From the NCBI GenBank assembly GCA_041740795.1, contig JBGSLH010000012.1, positions 19,146 to 83,145 of the forward strand: a stretch of 64,000 bases of DNA, read 5' to 3'. The DNA is from Minisyncoccia bacterium. GTDB taxonomy: Bacteria; Patescibacteriota; Minisyncoccia; Phycocordibacterales; JAACPR01. The notes beneath the pieces were generated by a model. The model was not told the DNA's origin. It saw only the letters and a list, made by a program, of their open reading frames with translations, and ran no database searches. Numbering within the stretch: the stretch's first letter is position 1; each line of letters starts with the position of its first letter. Shown piece by piece: positions 8,913-17,887 of the stretch. The position numbers and the translations under genes were made by a program.

Positions 8913-11261
8913 ATGTACATGTCAAAATTTAAAGTAATTAGTCAGAATATTCTGCTTGCCGTAATTGCACTCGTACCTATTTTGTTCTTACCACTTTCGG
9001 TTCTTTCACTTGAGCCACTCAAGACTTTCGTCTTCCTTTCACTTGGTGTGGTTTTTACTCTTGGAATTATTCTATACAAGATTAAGCAGGACTCTTTTTA
9101 TATTACTCGCAATTCGTTTATACTGTCGATCATTGGAATTATCTTTTCTGGATTCCTTGCAACTGTGCTTTCGAACAATATCGGCATATCGCTGATGGGC
9201 AGGCAACTTTCATACGGTTCATTTTTTGGCCTAATTTCATTATGTGCACTGATGTTCGTCGTGTACTCATGCTTTGATGGTTTTAAAGAAAAGACGCGGC
9301 TCTTTTTGACTATGTATGTTTCAGGAATTGTCGTTGTGGTAATCCATCTTCTTTCGATCATGTTGCCATTTTTTCCTACACTCGGATTTTTTGTGAATAA
9401 TACGATCAATACGATTGGGGGATGGCATGACCTCGGTTTTTTTGCGCTATTTATTGTTCTTTCGTCCGTTCTTGTGCTCCAATTCCTTGGACACTCTAAG
9501 TTCTACAGAATCATTGGTTGGATTGGTTTTGTTGTTGGAATCACGTTGATGGTTTTGGTCAACTCGGTCGTCATTTTCGTATTGGCTGTTATATTCTCAC
9601 TTCTATATATTGTTCTTAATGCAGTGATGCAGCACGACTTTGAACTGACTAACAGAATATCATACGAAGCACTTATTATTCTTGTAGTCTCTATTATCTT
9701 CATGTTGATCGGCGGTAAGACGGGTGTGCTTCTCAACTCCGCTTTAGGTCTTGAATCTAACGAAGTACGTCCTTCTCTTGTTGCCACATATAACGTTACG
9801 AAAGAGGTTATCATGAATAAGCCTATTTCAGGAGTTGGTCTTGATCGTTTCGACACTGCATGGCTTTTGTACCGACCAATCGAAAGCAACATCACTCGGT
9901 TCTGGGATACTGATTTTAGATTCGGATATTCCACTATTCTTTCAATGGGTGTGACACAAGGAATCGTGGGAATTCTTGCCTGGCTTGCCTTTATTGTTAT
10001 TGCTGTCTACTTTTCCTTTAAACTTCTCTTTGTTCCGACAGAACAAAAGAGCGAACTCTTCATGTACATGTACTCGGTACTCGGATTCATGTTCTTTCTG
10101 GTGGTGATGATCGTGCATACTCCATCTGTCGTACTTGTTTCGCTCATGTTTATTTTTATGGGCCTATTCCTTTCTAATCTTAAGAGTGCAGGACTTATCA
10201 AGTTCAAACAGATTGCAATCAATCAGAATCCGCGAATATCTTTTGTCTATATTCTTTCCCTTGTACTTCTTTTGATAGCCTTTATCTATGTTGGTTACAC
10301 ACACCTTAGTCAGTACAGTTCTCGGGTATTATTTGAACAGGCAACTGCAGAGTACAACCGGACAGGGAATATTCAAATACTTGAATTGAAAGTGAATCGT
10401 GCACAATTCATCTATAGTTCAGACATGTATGTCCGGGCGCTTGCAGAAATAGGAATGCTCAAGATCAATCAGATAGTTCAGAATAAGGAAATTACACAAG
10501 AACAGGCAGTAAGTCAGTTTACCGACACACTTCGAACGACTATTGCATATGCACAGTCTGCAATTGCGTATGATCCTCAGTCCTATATCAACAAAATGGC
10601 ACTGGTAAACGTATACAAGAACCTTATTCCGCTCGGTGTCGCTGATGCTAAGACAGAAGCACTGGCACTTCTTGACGCGACAACGCAGCTCACCCCTTCG
10701 AACCCCACGATCTCACTAGAGAAGGCACGTGTATTCGTGCTAGCACAGGAATTTGATTCTGCAATCGAACAGATCAAAAAAGCTATCGAGCTGAAACCAA
10801 ACTATGTTGATGCGGTATTTCTTCTTTCGCAGATCCAAGTTGAAAAGGGAGAAATAAATGAAGCAATTAGCAGTATCCAGTCTGCGATTCAAGTTGATCC
10901 ATACAATGCAAACCTTAGATTCCAACTTGGACTCTTGTACTACAACCAAGAAAAATTCAATGATGCAGTTGGAGCATTCGAGGATGCTGCAATTCTTTCG
11001 CCTTCATTTGCGAATGCAAAATATTTCCTCGGTCTGAGTTACTACAAGAACAATCGAACTTCAGACTCGATCAAAGTATTTGAAAACCTCAGTGCACAGG
11101 TTCCTGAAAATCCCGAAGTACGCCTTATTTTGAGCAATCTCAAGTCCGGCAACGATCCATTTGAAGGTATCCAGCCACCTCTCGATAATCGTCCTGAACA
11201 GCGCGAAGAACTTCCTCTCGAGGATGAAGAAGTTGAAGATGAGGCACAAACGCAGGAATAA
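8913..11261 (+). CDS. O-antigen ligase-like polytopic membrane protein with C-terminal TPR repeats
   Basis: About 12 TM segments, then TPR-like repeats (AIELKPNYVDA.., AIQVDPYNAN.., AAILSPSFANA..). Start moved to the ATG at 8913, downstream of rnpB. Confidence 0.7.
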   Translation: MYMSKFKVISQNILLAVIALVPILFLPLSVLSLEPLKTFVFLSLGVVFTLGIILYKIKQDSFYITRNSFILSIIGIIFSGFLATVLSNNIGISLMGRQLSYGSFFGLISLCALMFVVYSCFDGFKEKTRLFLTMYVSGIVVVVIHLLSIMLPFFPTLGFFVNNTINTIGGWHDLGFFALFIVLSSVLVLQFLGHSKFYRIIGWIGFVVGITLMVLVNSVVIFVLAVIFSLLYIVLNAVMQHDFELTNRISYEALIILVVSIIFMLIGGKTGVLLNSALGLESNEVRPSLVATYNVTKEVIMNKPISGVGLDRFDTAWLLYRPIESNITRFWDTDFRFGYSTILSMGVTQGIVGILAWLAFIVIAVYFSFKLLFVPTEQKSELFMYMYSVLGFMFFLVVMIVHTPSVVLVSLMFIFMGLFLSNLKSAGLIKFKQIAINQNPRISFVYILSLVLLLIAFIYVGYTHLSQYSSRVLFEQATAEYNRTGNIQILELKVNRAQFIYSSDMYVRALAEIGMLKINQIVQNKEITQEQAVSQFTDTLRTTIAYAQSAIAYDPQSYINKMALVNVYKNLIPLGVADAKTEALALLDATTQLTPSNPTISLEKARVFVLAQEFDSAIEQIKKAIELKPNYVDAVFLLSQIQVEKGEINEAISSIQSAIQVDPYNANLRFQLGLLYYNQEKFNDAVGAFEDAAILSPSFANAKYFLGLSYYKNNRTSDSIKVFENLSAQVPENPEVRLILSNLKSGNDPFEGIQPPLDNRPEQREELPLEDEEVEDEAQTQE

Positions 11262-12931
11262 TGGTAAAGCAGATACAGTCACTTCTCCAAACGCAAGTTC
11301 AAGGGCTTCATCAAGCCGCCTATATTTTGGGTGCGTTTGCAATTCTTTCACAAGTATTCGCACTGATTCGTGATCGGTTGCTTGCGTCAACATTTGGAGC
11401 AGGAGCTGAGTTAGATATGTACTATGCCGCATTTAGACTGCCAGATATTCTTTTTGTACTACTTGTAACTTTTTTTTCAGTATCAATCCTTGTTCCGCTT
11501 ATTGTAGAAAAGCAACATGACAAGAAAGAGATGGATAGATATTTTAATTCTATTTTTACCTTTGTTTGTATCGTAGCCCTATTACTATTTTCTTTAGCTT
11601 GGTATATTGCTCCGTACTTCCTTGAATTAATAGTTCCTGATATGTATGCACAGAATACACAAGACATAACTACTATGACTCGCATTCTTTTACTTCAGCC
11701 TTTACTACTCTCACTCTCTGGATTCTTTGGAAGCTTTGCACAGGCACAAAAAAAATTCCTTCTCTATGCTACAAGTCCTGTAATGTATAACCTTGGAATT
11801 ATTCTTGGTATTGCAGTACTGTATCCACTTTACGGACTCTATGGACTTGCTAGTGGAGTTGTATTAGGCGCTTTGCTTCATGTAGGATTTCTAATTCCAT
11901 TTACGACACAGTTTTATATTCCAAAATTTGCAAAAATTTATTTTGCAGACATCAAAAAATTAGTCTTTCATTCAATTCCACGTACTTTTGCTATGCTTTC
12001 AAATCAGATTCTTCTTGTTTCAGTAACATTTTTCGCTGGACTTCTTGCAACAGGTTCGATTGCAATATTTAATCTCGCATACAATCTTCAGTCAGTTCCT
12101 CTTGCTATTATTGGAGTTAGTTATTCACTCGCAGCCTTTCCAAGCTTAGCTTTGTTTTTCCAAGAAAAAAGATTCGATGAATTCTATGAATTACTCTCTC
12201 GAACCATTAGACATGTGTTTTTTTGGTCTTTACCTGTTGTTGCGTGTTTCATTATTCTTCGAGCACAAATTGTTCGTGTGATATTAGGATCAGGTAATTT
12301 TGATTGGAATGAGACTATTCTTGTTGCAGCCGCGCTTGCTATTTTTACACTGTCGCTTGTTGCGCAAAGTGCATCACAAGTACTTATCCGTGCGTTTTAT
12401 GCGATGGGTAGAACGATGTATCCGTTTATCGCAACATCTGTTTCGTTTATCCTGACACTTATCTGTATGTCTGTTTTGTTTATCCCAAATCTTATTTCTT
12501 CTGACATAGTAATTTATCTTGAAACTCTGTTTAGAGTTGATGTTGTTGCATCGAGTCTAGTTCTACTTTTACCAATCGCATTCACAATCGGGCAGTGGGT
12601 CCAACTCATTATGTTATTGGCCGGAATTGGTCAATTACGAAAGATATTTTCAAGACAATTTTTCATGAGTATCTCACAAAGTCTCATCGGTGCTGCTGTA
12701 ATAGCTCTAGTTAGTTATATCTCACTTGATTTTCTAAGTAGTGTTTTTGATCTTGATACGTTTGTCGGAATTGCATCGCAAGGACTCATTGCAGGACTCG
12801 CAGGACTCGTGAGTGGATTCGTATTCCTTGTAGTCATAGGCAACAGGGAAGTTATTACAGTCCTTGATATGAGCATGAAAAAACTCCGCACCCAGCCGGT
12901 TATGTTGCAAGAAGTGAAAGAGGAGTTGTAA
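11261..12931 (+). CDS. murJ: Lipid II flippase MurJ
   Basis: RDRLLASTFGAGAELDMYYAAFRLPD signature and about 14 TM segments. TAATG overlap with the upstream gene. Confidence 0.85.
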   Translation: MVKQIQSLLQTQVQGLHQAAYILGAFAILSQVFALIRDRLLASTFGAGAELDMYYAAFRLPDILFVLLVTFFSVSILVPLIVEKQHDKKEMDRYFNSIFTFVCIVALLLFSLAWYIAPYFLELIVPDMYAQNTQDITTMTRILLLQPLLLSLSGFFGSFAQAQKKFLLYATSPVMYNLGIILGIAVLYPLYGLYGLASGVVLGALLHVGFLIPFTTQFYIPKFAKIYFADIKKLVFHSIPRTFAMLSNQILLVSVTFFAGLLATGSIAIFNLAYNLQSVPLAIIGVSYSLAAFPSLALFFQEKRFDEFYELLSRTIRHVFFWSLPVVACFIILRAQIVRVILGSGNFDWNETILVAAALAIFTLSLVAQSASQVLIRAFYAMGRTMYPFIATSVSFILTLICMSVLFIPNLISSDIVIYLETLFRVDVVASSLVLLLPIAFTIGQWVQLIMLLAGIGQLRKIFSRQFFMSISQSLIGAAVIALVSYISLDFLSSVFDLDTFVGIASQGLIAGLAGLVSGFVFLVVIGNREVITVLDMSMKKLRTQPVMLQEVKEEL

Positions 12932-12969
12932 AAACTTAAAATTCTATTAGGATAGGGGACAACAACGCT

Positions 12970-14772
12970 ATGAATCTACAACATATAAGAAACTTCAGTA
13001 TTATCGCCCACATTGACCATGGCAAATCGACACTTGCAGATCGGATGCTTGAAATTACCCAGACGGTTGAGAAGCGCAAGATGCAAGACCAGGTCCTCGA
13101 CAGCATGGAACTCGAGCGCGAAAAGGGAATTACCATCAAGATGACGCCTGCTCGGATGCACTATTCCTACAAAGGAGAGGAGTATATATTGAACCTCATT
13201 GATACTCCAGGCCATATAGACTTCTCCTACGAGGTGTCGCGTGCCCTGAACGCCGTAGAAGGCTCTATTTTGCTTGTGGATGCGACCCAGGGAGTCCAGG
13301 CTCAAACACTGACAACTCTTGATATGGCACGCAAAATGGGACTTAGAATCATCCCTGTTTTGTCAAAAGTAGATGCACCTCATGCTCGGATCGACGACGT
13401 AAAGATGGAGATCTGTGAGCTTCTCAACTGCGACCTTGATGACGTCATGGAAACGTCTGGCAAGACCGGGTTTGGAGTAGATACACTGCTTCAGAATATT
13501 ATTGAAAAAATTCCCGCTCCCGAAAAGGAATATGAGAATGCTCGGGATCTGCGCGCACTTGTGTTCGACTTTCAGTATTCGAATCACCAAGGAGTGATCG
13601 TGTACACTCGAATTTTTGACGGGGAAGTAGCAGCAGGAACCAAACTCAGATTCAAGATCGCGGGAGAATCGTTCATTACGAACGAGGTTGGAATTTTCAA
13701 TCCTGCCCAGGAGAAAGTAGATAAGTTGCAGGCGGGAGAAATCGGATATATCGTAACAGGGATCAAGCGACCAGGAGTTGCAAAAGTTGGAGACACAATA
13801 GTACTCGACGCCAATCCACTCGAAGAACTTCCTGGATATGAGGAGCCTCGACCAGTCGTGTGGGCAAGTATTTTCCCTGAGAGTCAGGATGACTTCGATG
13901 TGCTTCGAGGTGCGCTTGAACGGCTCAAGCTTTCCGATTCATCCTATGCTTTTGAAGAGGAATCTTCAGGAACACTCGGACGGGGATTCAGATGCGGATT
14001 CCTCGGGATGCTTCATCTTGAAATCATCACGGAGCGTTTACATCGAGAATTCAATCTCGAACTCGTTGTGACACTTCCGACAATTAACTATCTCGTGAAG
14101 ACCAAAGGTAAGCCCGAAAAGCTGATTTATTCTCCGACTTTGTTCCCGGACCACGGAGATATCGAATGGGTGAAGGAACCATGGGTACTTGTGACAATGA
14201 TTGCACCGAGCGAATACGTGAGCCCACTCATGCAACTCCTTTTTATGCATGAAGCTTTTGTAAAAGATACGATTACAATCAACGACAGACAATCCATATT
14301 GGTTGAGATGCCACTTCGTGAACTGATGCGGAACTTTTTTGACGAGGTAAAGAGTGCATCTTCTGGATACGCGTCGCTCTCATACGAGCTCGGAGAATTC
14401 AAAGATGCCAACGTAACGAAGATGGAAGTGTTGGTTGCAGAAGAAGTCTATCCTGCATTCACTCGAGTGATCTCACGGGAACGAACAGACGAGGAAGCTC
14501 AGAAGACAGTTGAAAAATTATACAATGCGCTCCCACGTCAGATGATCGTCACTAAGATTCAGGCCATGATAAACGGAAAGATCATCGCATCCAAGACGCT
14601 TTCGGCCCTGAAAAAAAATGTAACCGCCCACATGTACGGAGGAGACATTACTCGAAAGATGAAACTGCGTGAGAAACAAAAGAAAGGGAAGAAGAAAATG
14701 CAAAAACTCGGAAAAGTCACCATCACTAATGATGTGTTCTTGAAGATGATGAGGGGAGGGGATAATAACTAG
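12970..14772 (+). CDS. lepA: Translation elongation factor 4
   Basis: IRNFSIIAHIDHGKSTLADR, DTPGHIDF and the LepA C-terminal domain. Confidence 0.95.
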   Translation: MNLQHIRNFSIIAHIDHGKSTLADRMLEITQTVEKRKMQDQVLDSMELEREKGITIKMTPARMHYSYKGEEYILNLIDTPGHIDFSYEVSRALNAVEGSILLVDATQGVQAQTLTTLDMARKMGLRIIPVLSKVDAPHARIDDVKMEICELLNCDLDDVMETSGKTGFGVDTLLQNIIEKIPAPEKEYENARDLRALVFDFQYSNHQGVIVYTRIFDGEVAAGTKLRFKIAGESFITNEVGIFNPAQEKVDKLQAGEIGYIVTGIKRPGVAKVGDTIVLDANPLEELPGYEEPRPVVWASIFPESQDDFDVLRGALERLKLSDSSYAFEEESSGTLGRGFRCGFLGMLHLEIITERLHREFNLELVVTLPTINYLVKTKGKPEKLIYSPTLFPDHGDIEWVKEPWVLVTMIAPSEYVSPLMQLLFMHEAFVKDTITINDRQSILVEMPLRELMRNFFDEVKSASSGYASLSYELGEFKDANVTKMEVLVAEEVYPAFTRVISRERTDEEAQKTVEKLYNALPRQMIVTKIQAMINGKIIASKTLSALKKNVTAHMYGGDITRKMKLREKQKKGKKKMQKLGKVTITNDVFLKMMRGGDNN

Positions 14773-14942
14773 TGAATCAATCAGAATTTAGAAAAGTCCG
14801 TATGCAGAAAGTGCAATCATACTGAACGTTACTAGGAAGGCGATAATGATGAAAAAGAATTTGATTACTTTTCGGCTTTTTTTGTGAAATAAAATTGACA
14901 TAATAGTACTACATTAGCAAATTTTGTGAGATAATCAAGGTC

Positions 14943-15314
14943 ATGGCATATGGTAAAAAAGTAGAAAAGAACCGGTTCCAATACATGGCAGGCTCTTTTT
15001 TGGCTACAATTGCGATAATCTATCTCTTTTTTAATATCGTTGATGGGTGGCACAAGTACACCGAGAGCACGAAGCGTCTCGAGGCTTCTGTTACGTCTTT
15101 TGCTGAGTTAAATAAACAGTATGAGGAGTTACAGAAGACAAAATCCCTTGAGACTTCCTCTACGGGATACGAAATGCATGTCAGATCAAAATTTGACCTC
15201 ATAAAACCGGGTGAGAATGTGGTATTTATCACTTCAGATGACGAGCCTGAGCCTCTCAAGGAAGAAAAGGGTATTCAGAAGATTCTCGATTCCTTCAAGA
15301 GTTTTTTTAATTAG
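14943..15314 (+). CDS. FtsB/DivIC-like septum formation initiator
   Basis: Single TM, a coiled coil, and the KPGENVVFI tail typical of the family. -10 box at 14930-14935, 7 nt before the ATG. Confidence 0.55.
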   Translation: MAYGKKVEKNRFQYMAGSFLATIAIIYLFFNIVDGWHKYTESTKRLEASVTSFAELNKQYEELQKTKSLETSSTGYEMHVRSKFDLIKPGENVVFITSDDEPEPLKEEKGIQKILDSFKSFFN

Positions 15315-15372
15315 GAATCGGATATCATTTTGTGTTAAAATAGCTCTACATTTATCAGTAAGGAAATTACAT

Positions 15373-15633
15373 ATGAAAACAGTTCACATTTACTCAACAC
15401 CAAGTTGTACATACTGCCAGGCAGCCAAGGAATATTTTACCCAGAACGGGGTAGAGTATGCAGAATTTGACGTTGCAGCTGATGAAGCGAAGCGAGCCGA
15501 AATGGTAGAAAAATCAGGACAGATGGGAGTACCAGTAATCGATATCGGAGGAACGATCATTGTCGGATTCGACGAACCTTTGATCAAGGCTGCACTCGAA
15601 GGGACTTCTGTGCCTGAAGAAGTTGCTGCATAA
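15373..15633 (+). CDS. Glutaredoxin-like protein
   Basis: MKTVHIYSTPSCTYCQAAKEYF with CxxC, and GVPVIDIGG. Start trimmed to the ATG preceded by AAGGAA. Confidence 0.8.
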   Translation: MKTVHIYSTPSCTYCQAAKEYFTQNGVEYAEFDVAADEAKRAEMVEKSGQMGVPVIDIGGTIIVGFDEPLIKAALEGTSVPEEVAA

Positions 15634-15656
15634 TTGAATTAAAAACGGAAGACAAG

Positions 15657-15684
15657 ACCACTGCGAGCAATCGTGGTGGTTTTG
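15657..15684 (+). terminator. Intrinsic terminator with GCAA tetraloop
   Basis: 10-bp stem ACCACTGCGA/TCGTGGTGGT, loop GCAA, then TTT. Confidence 0.6.
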
Positions 15685-15701
15685 TGTATAATGGCATCAT
15701 T

Positions 15702-15773
15702 GTCCCCGTAGTTAAATGGATATAACAGTCCCGTCCTAAGGGATAGTTGTAGGTTCGATTCCTGCCGAGGACA
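15702..15773 (+). tRNA. tRNA-Arg (CCU)
   Basis: Hand-folded cloverleaf: acceptor GTCCCCG/CGAGGAC (one C-A mismatch), anticodon loop GTCCTAA, T-loop TTCGATT. No encoded CCA. Confidence 0.85.
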
Positions 15774-15834
15774 CATTTTTGAAAGATTGGAAATAACGGT
15801 TGAAATATTCCTTGTTTAGGCTATAATGTCTTGC

Positions 15835-16116
15835 ATGTCCTTAGACACAGATATTGAACATCGACTTGAAGATATAGAAGAAAAGATAGACCAGAATTCC
15901 AAGGTTCTTCGATCGATCAAGCGCAAACAAACCTTTGATTTTTGGATCGGTATCATAAAGATATTCATCTTCATCGGAGCGTTCTACTATGCATATCAAT
16001 TTGCAGAACCACTTCTGATCCAATTCAAGGAAGCGTACATATCTTTTCAAGGCCTTAATGGAAAGATCAATTCATTCGACGGGTTTGATTTTTTCAAGCA
16101 GAGTCCGTCGCAGTAA
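15835..16116 (+). CDS. Hypothetical small membrane protein
   Basis: ORF with one TM. TATAAT at 15822-15827 lies 7 nt before the second ATG, so the start is moved to 15835. Confidence 0.45.
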   Translation: MSLDTDIEHRLEDIEEKIDQNSKVLRSIKRKQTFDFWIGIIKIFIFIGAFYYAYQFAEPLLIQFKEAYISFQGLNGKINSFDGFDFFKQSPSQ

Positions 16117-16123
16117 TAACTAT

Positions 16124-16184
16124 GTCAGAGTAGCTCCTAGTTATTTGTTGGCCGCTGAAGCAGAACAAATAACAAGGTAGAGCA
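16124..16184 (+). pseudogene. tRNA-Phe 5' fragment interrupted by a hairpin
   Basis: GTCAGAGTAGCTC and GGTAGAGCA (tRNA-Phe positions 1-13 and the D arm) are separated by a hairpin with arms TTATTTGTT and AACAAATAA. The rest of the tRNA is absent. Confidence 0.6.
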
Positions 16185-16206
16185 CTTACAGTTTAGGATA
16201 GAAAAT

Positions 16207-16279
16207 GTCAGAGTAGCTCAGTTGGTAGAGCATTCGCCTGAAGAGCGAAGGGTCACCGGTTCGACCCCGGTCTCTGACA
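16207..16279 (+). tRNA. tRNA-Phe (GAA)
   Basis: Acceptor GTCAGAG/CTCTGAC, anticodon loop CTGAAGA, T-loop TTCGACC. No encoded CCA. Confidence 0.9.
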
Positions 16280-16372
16280 CAGAAATTTAAGGATAAGGAT
16301 CTATACATTCGTGATGTCGCGACGCTTACTATTTTGAGCTCCTTGCGAAAAATAGTAAGCAAAGTCGACCAC
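16280..16372 (+). repeat. tRNA-trailer repeat, copy 1
   Basis: The first 49 nt, CAGAAATTTAAGGATAAGGATCTATACATTCGTGATGTCGCGACGCTTA, match the sequence after tRNA-Leu(UAG) at 45163-45115 (- strand) with 1 mismatch. Both copies end in GTCGACCAC. Confidence 0.8.
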
Positions 16373-16389
16373 CACAAGATTTAGTAAAA

Positions 16390-16570
16390 CTAGCAGGCAA
16401 GGCAGCTTTTCTCTCATCGGCTTCGACCTGGTAAAATATAGAAAAAGCCTCGCACAATTCAGGCAGCTGGGTGCCGTAATCGGCGGGTCCCCTGTCTGAA
16501 TTGTGCGAGGCCTTTTCGTATTTTGGACAAGTCTGCAGAATGATTCATTCAAAGCTACCTTGCCTGCTAG
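16390..16570. repeat. Nested inverted repeats (19-bp outer arms, 20-bp inner hairpin)
   Basis: CTAGCAGGCAAGGCAGCTT at 16390-16408 pairs with AAGCTACCTTGCCTGCTAG at 16552-16570. Inner arms GCCTCGCACAATTCAGGCAG at 16447 and CTGTCTGAATTGTGCGAGGC ending at 16511. Confidence 0.75.
16447..16511. terminator. Bidirectional terminator-like long hairpin
   Basis: 20-bp stem flanked by AAAAA on the left and TTTT on the right. Lies between tRNA-Phe (+) and hsp20 (-). Confidence 0.55.
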
Positions 16571-17145
16571 TTCGACTTAATCTGCAACTTTGTCTTCCTG
16601 TTCTTGTCGAGTTTGGGAAGGGTGATGACGAGCAGACCGTGTTTTTCTTTGGCGTCTGCAAGGTCGACATCCACTTCTTCAGGAAGGACGATTGTACGTG
16701 CAAACGTACCCCAGTAGAGTTCTCTCATGTGGAAGTTTTCATCTTCAATCTCGTGTTCGTCATTACGTGTTGCCTTAAGTGTAAGTGAATCCCGCGTAAT
16801 ATCTACATCAATGTCAGAAGGTTTTACTCCTGCAATCATGGCTTTGACCACTATTGAGTCCGGAGTATTGATTACGTCGACAGAAAGTTCTCCTGTATCT
16901 TCAACTGCATCATCGTCATAAAGTGTGCTTGGAGTTGAGTGTGCAAAATGCATGTGCTTAGGAGCAGGTTCTGAGGATTGTCCGTATTGGTTCTGCTGGT
17001 AAGGAACCTGATTGTATGTGGAATGATGAATCTGAGCGCGCTTTGATGGAGTTTCTTCTTCGAATTCAAAATCCTCTTCCTCATCCAAGTGTATTGCACC
17101 AGTCAATCTTTCAATTAATGTCTTTTTTTTCTTTTTCCCGAACAT
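16567..17145 (-). CDS. Hsp20/alpha-crystallin small heat-shock protein
   Basis: Alpha-crystallin domain: LSVDVINTPDSIVVKAMIAGVKPSDIDVDI...GTFARTIVLPEEVD...GLLVITLPK. Confidence 0.9.
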   Translation of the reverse strand: MFGKKKKKTLIERLTGAIHLDEEEDFEFEEETPSKRAQIHHSTYNQVPYQQNQYGQSSEPAPKHMHFAHSTPSTLYDDDAVEDTGELSVDVINTPDSIVVKAMIAGVKPSDIDVDITRDSLTLKATRNDEHEIEDENFHMRELYWGTFARTIVLPEEVDVDLADAKEKHGLLVITLPKLDKNRKTKLQIKSN

Positions 17146-17887
17146 TTTGAATTTTATTTACTTTAATTTTTTTAATGCGCTCGAACAAAACTATTATCAG
17201 GACAACGAATAACCAGATTATCAGAAAACCAACGAACCTATTTTGATTACCCTTTATTATAAATAAATTAAACAATGCATGCAATACGGTTGCGAGAATA
17301 AAACCAATTCCAATATATCTTCTTCTGATGGATCGCATAAAAAAAAGAGAGTAACCCATGAACATTCCGATCAGTGCGGAGCATGATATATGCACGAGTG
17401 TTGCTCCGATAAACCTGAGGCTTGTTGTGTTGATAATACTCTCGTTGTTGATAATAGTTGTTGCCAAAAAAAGCGTATTCTCAAGCGCCGCGAATCCAAG
17501 CGCTGCAGAAATCATATAGATAGGAACATCCACTGCTTCGTCGGTGATTGCTTTGCCTAGTCCTCCATTCCATGCTGCTTTGTATTTTACGTATTCTTCG
17601 ATTGCAGCCCATACGAATATGACCGCAAAAGCATAGACAAAGGGAAATTCTCCAACTGCTTCGGTATTGGGTATTGAAAACAGGGAATTGAATAAAAGTT
17701 GGAAGATAAATGCAAAAGGTACTGACAGTGCGCCGTAAAAAAAGGTCATCAGGATGTATTGAGGAGGTTCGGGGTGTTCACTGTCTTCTCGAAGCCAGAA
17801 CCAGAGCCACACAAAAGCGGGAACTGTTCCAAGTAGGAATGCAAAAAAGATTGTATTGAATATTTCCATTGTTATTGAAGTGGCCAA
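17111..17887 (-). CDS. PrsW family intramembrane metalloprotease
   Basis: AIEEYVKYKAA, ALENTLF and VLHALFN motifs on a polytopic membrane protein. Confidence 0.75.
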   Translation of the reverse strand: MATSITMEIFNTIFFAFLLGTVPAFVWLWFWLREDSEHPEPPQYILMTFFYGALSVPFAFIFQLLFNSLFSIPNTEAVGEFPFVYAFAVIFVWAAIEEYVKYKAAWNGGLGKAITDEAVDVPIYMISAALGFAALENTLFLATTIINNESIINTTSLRFIGATLVHISCSALIGMFMGYSLFFMRSIRRRYIGIGFILATVLHALFNLFIIKGNQNRFVGFLIIWLFVVLIIVLFERIKKIKVNKIQNVREKEKKDIN

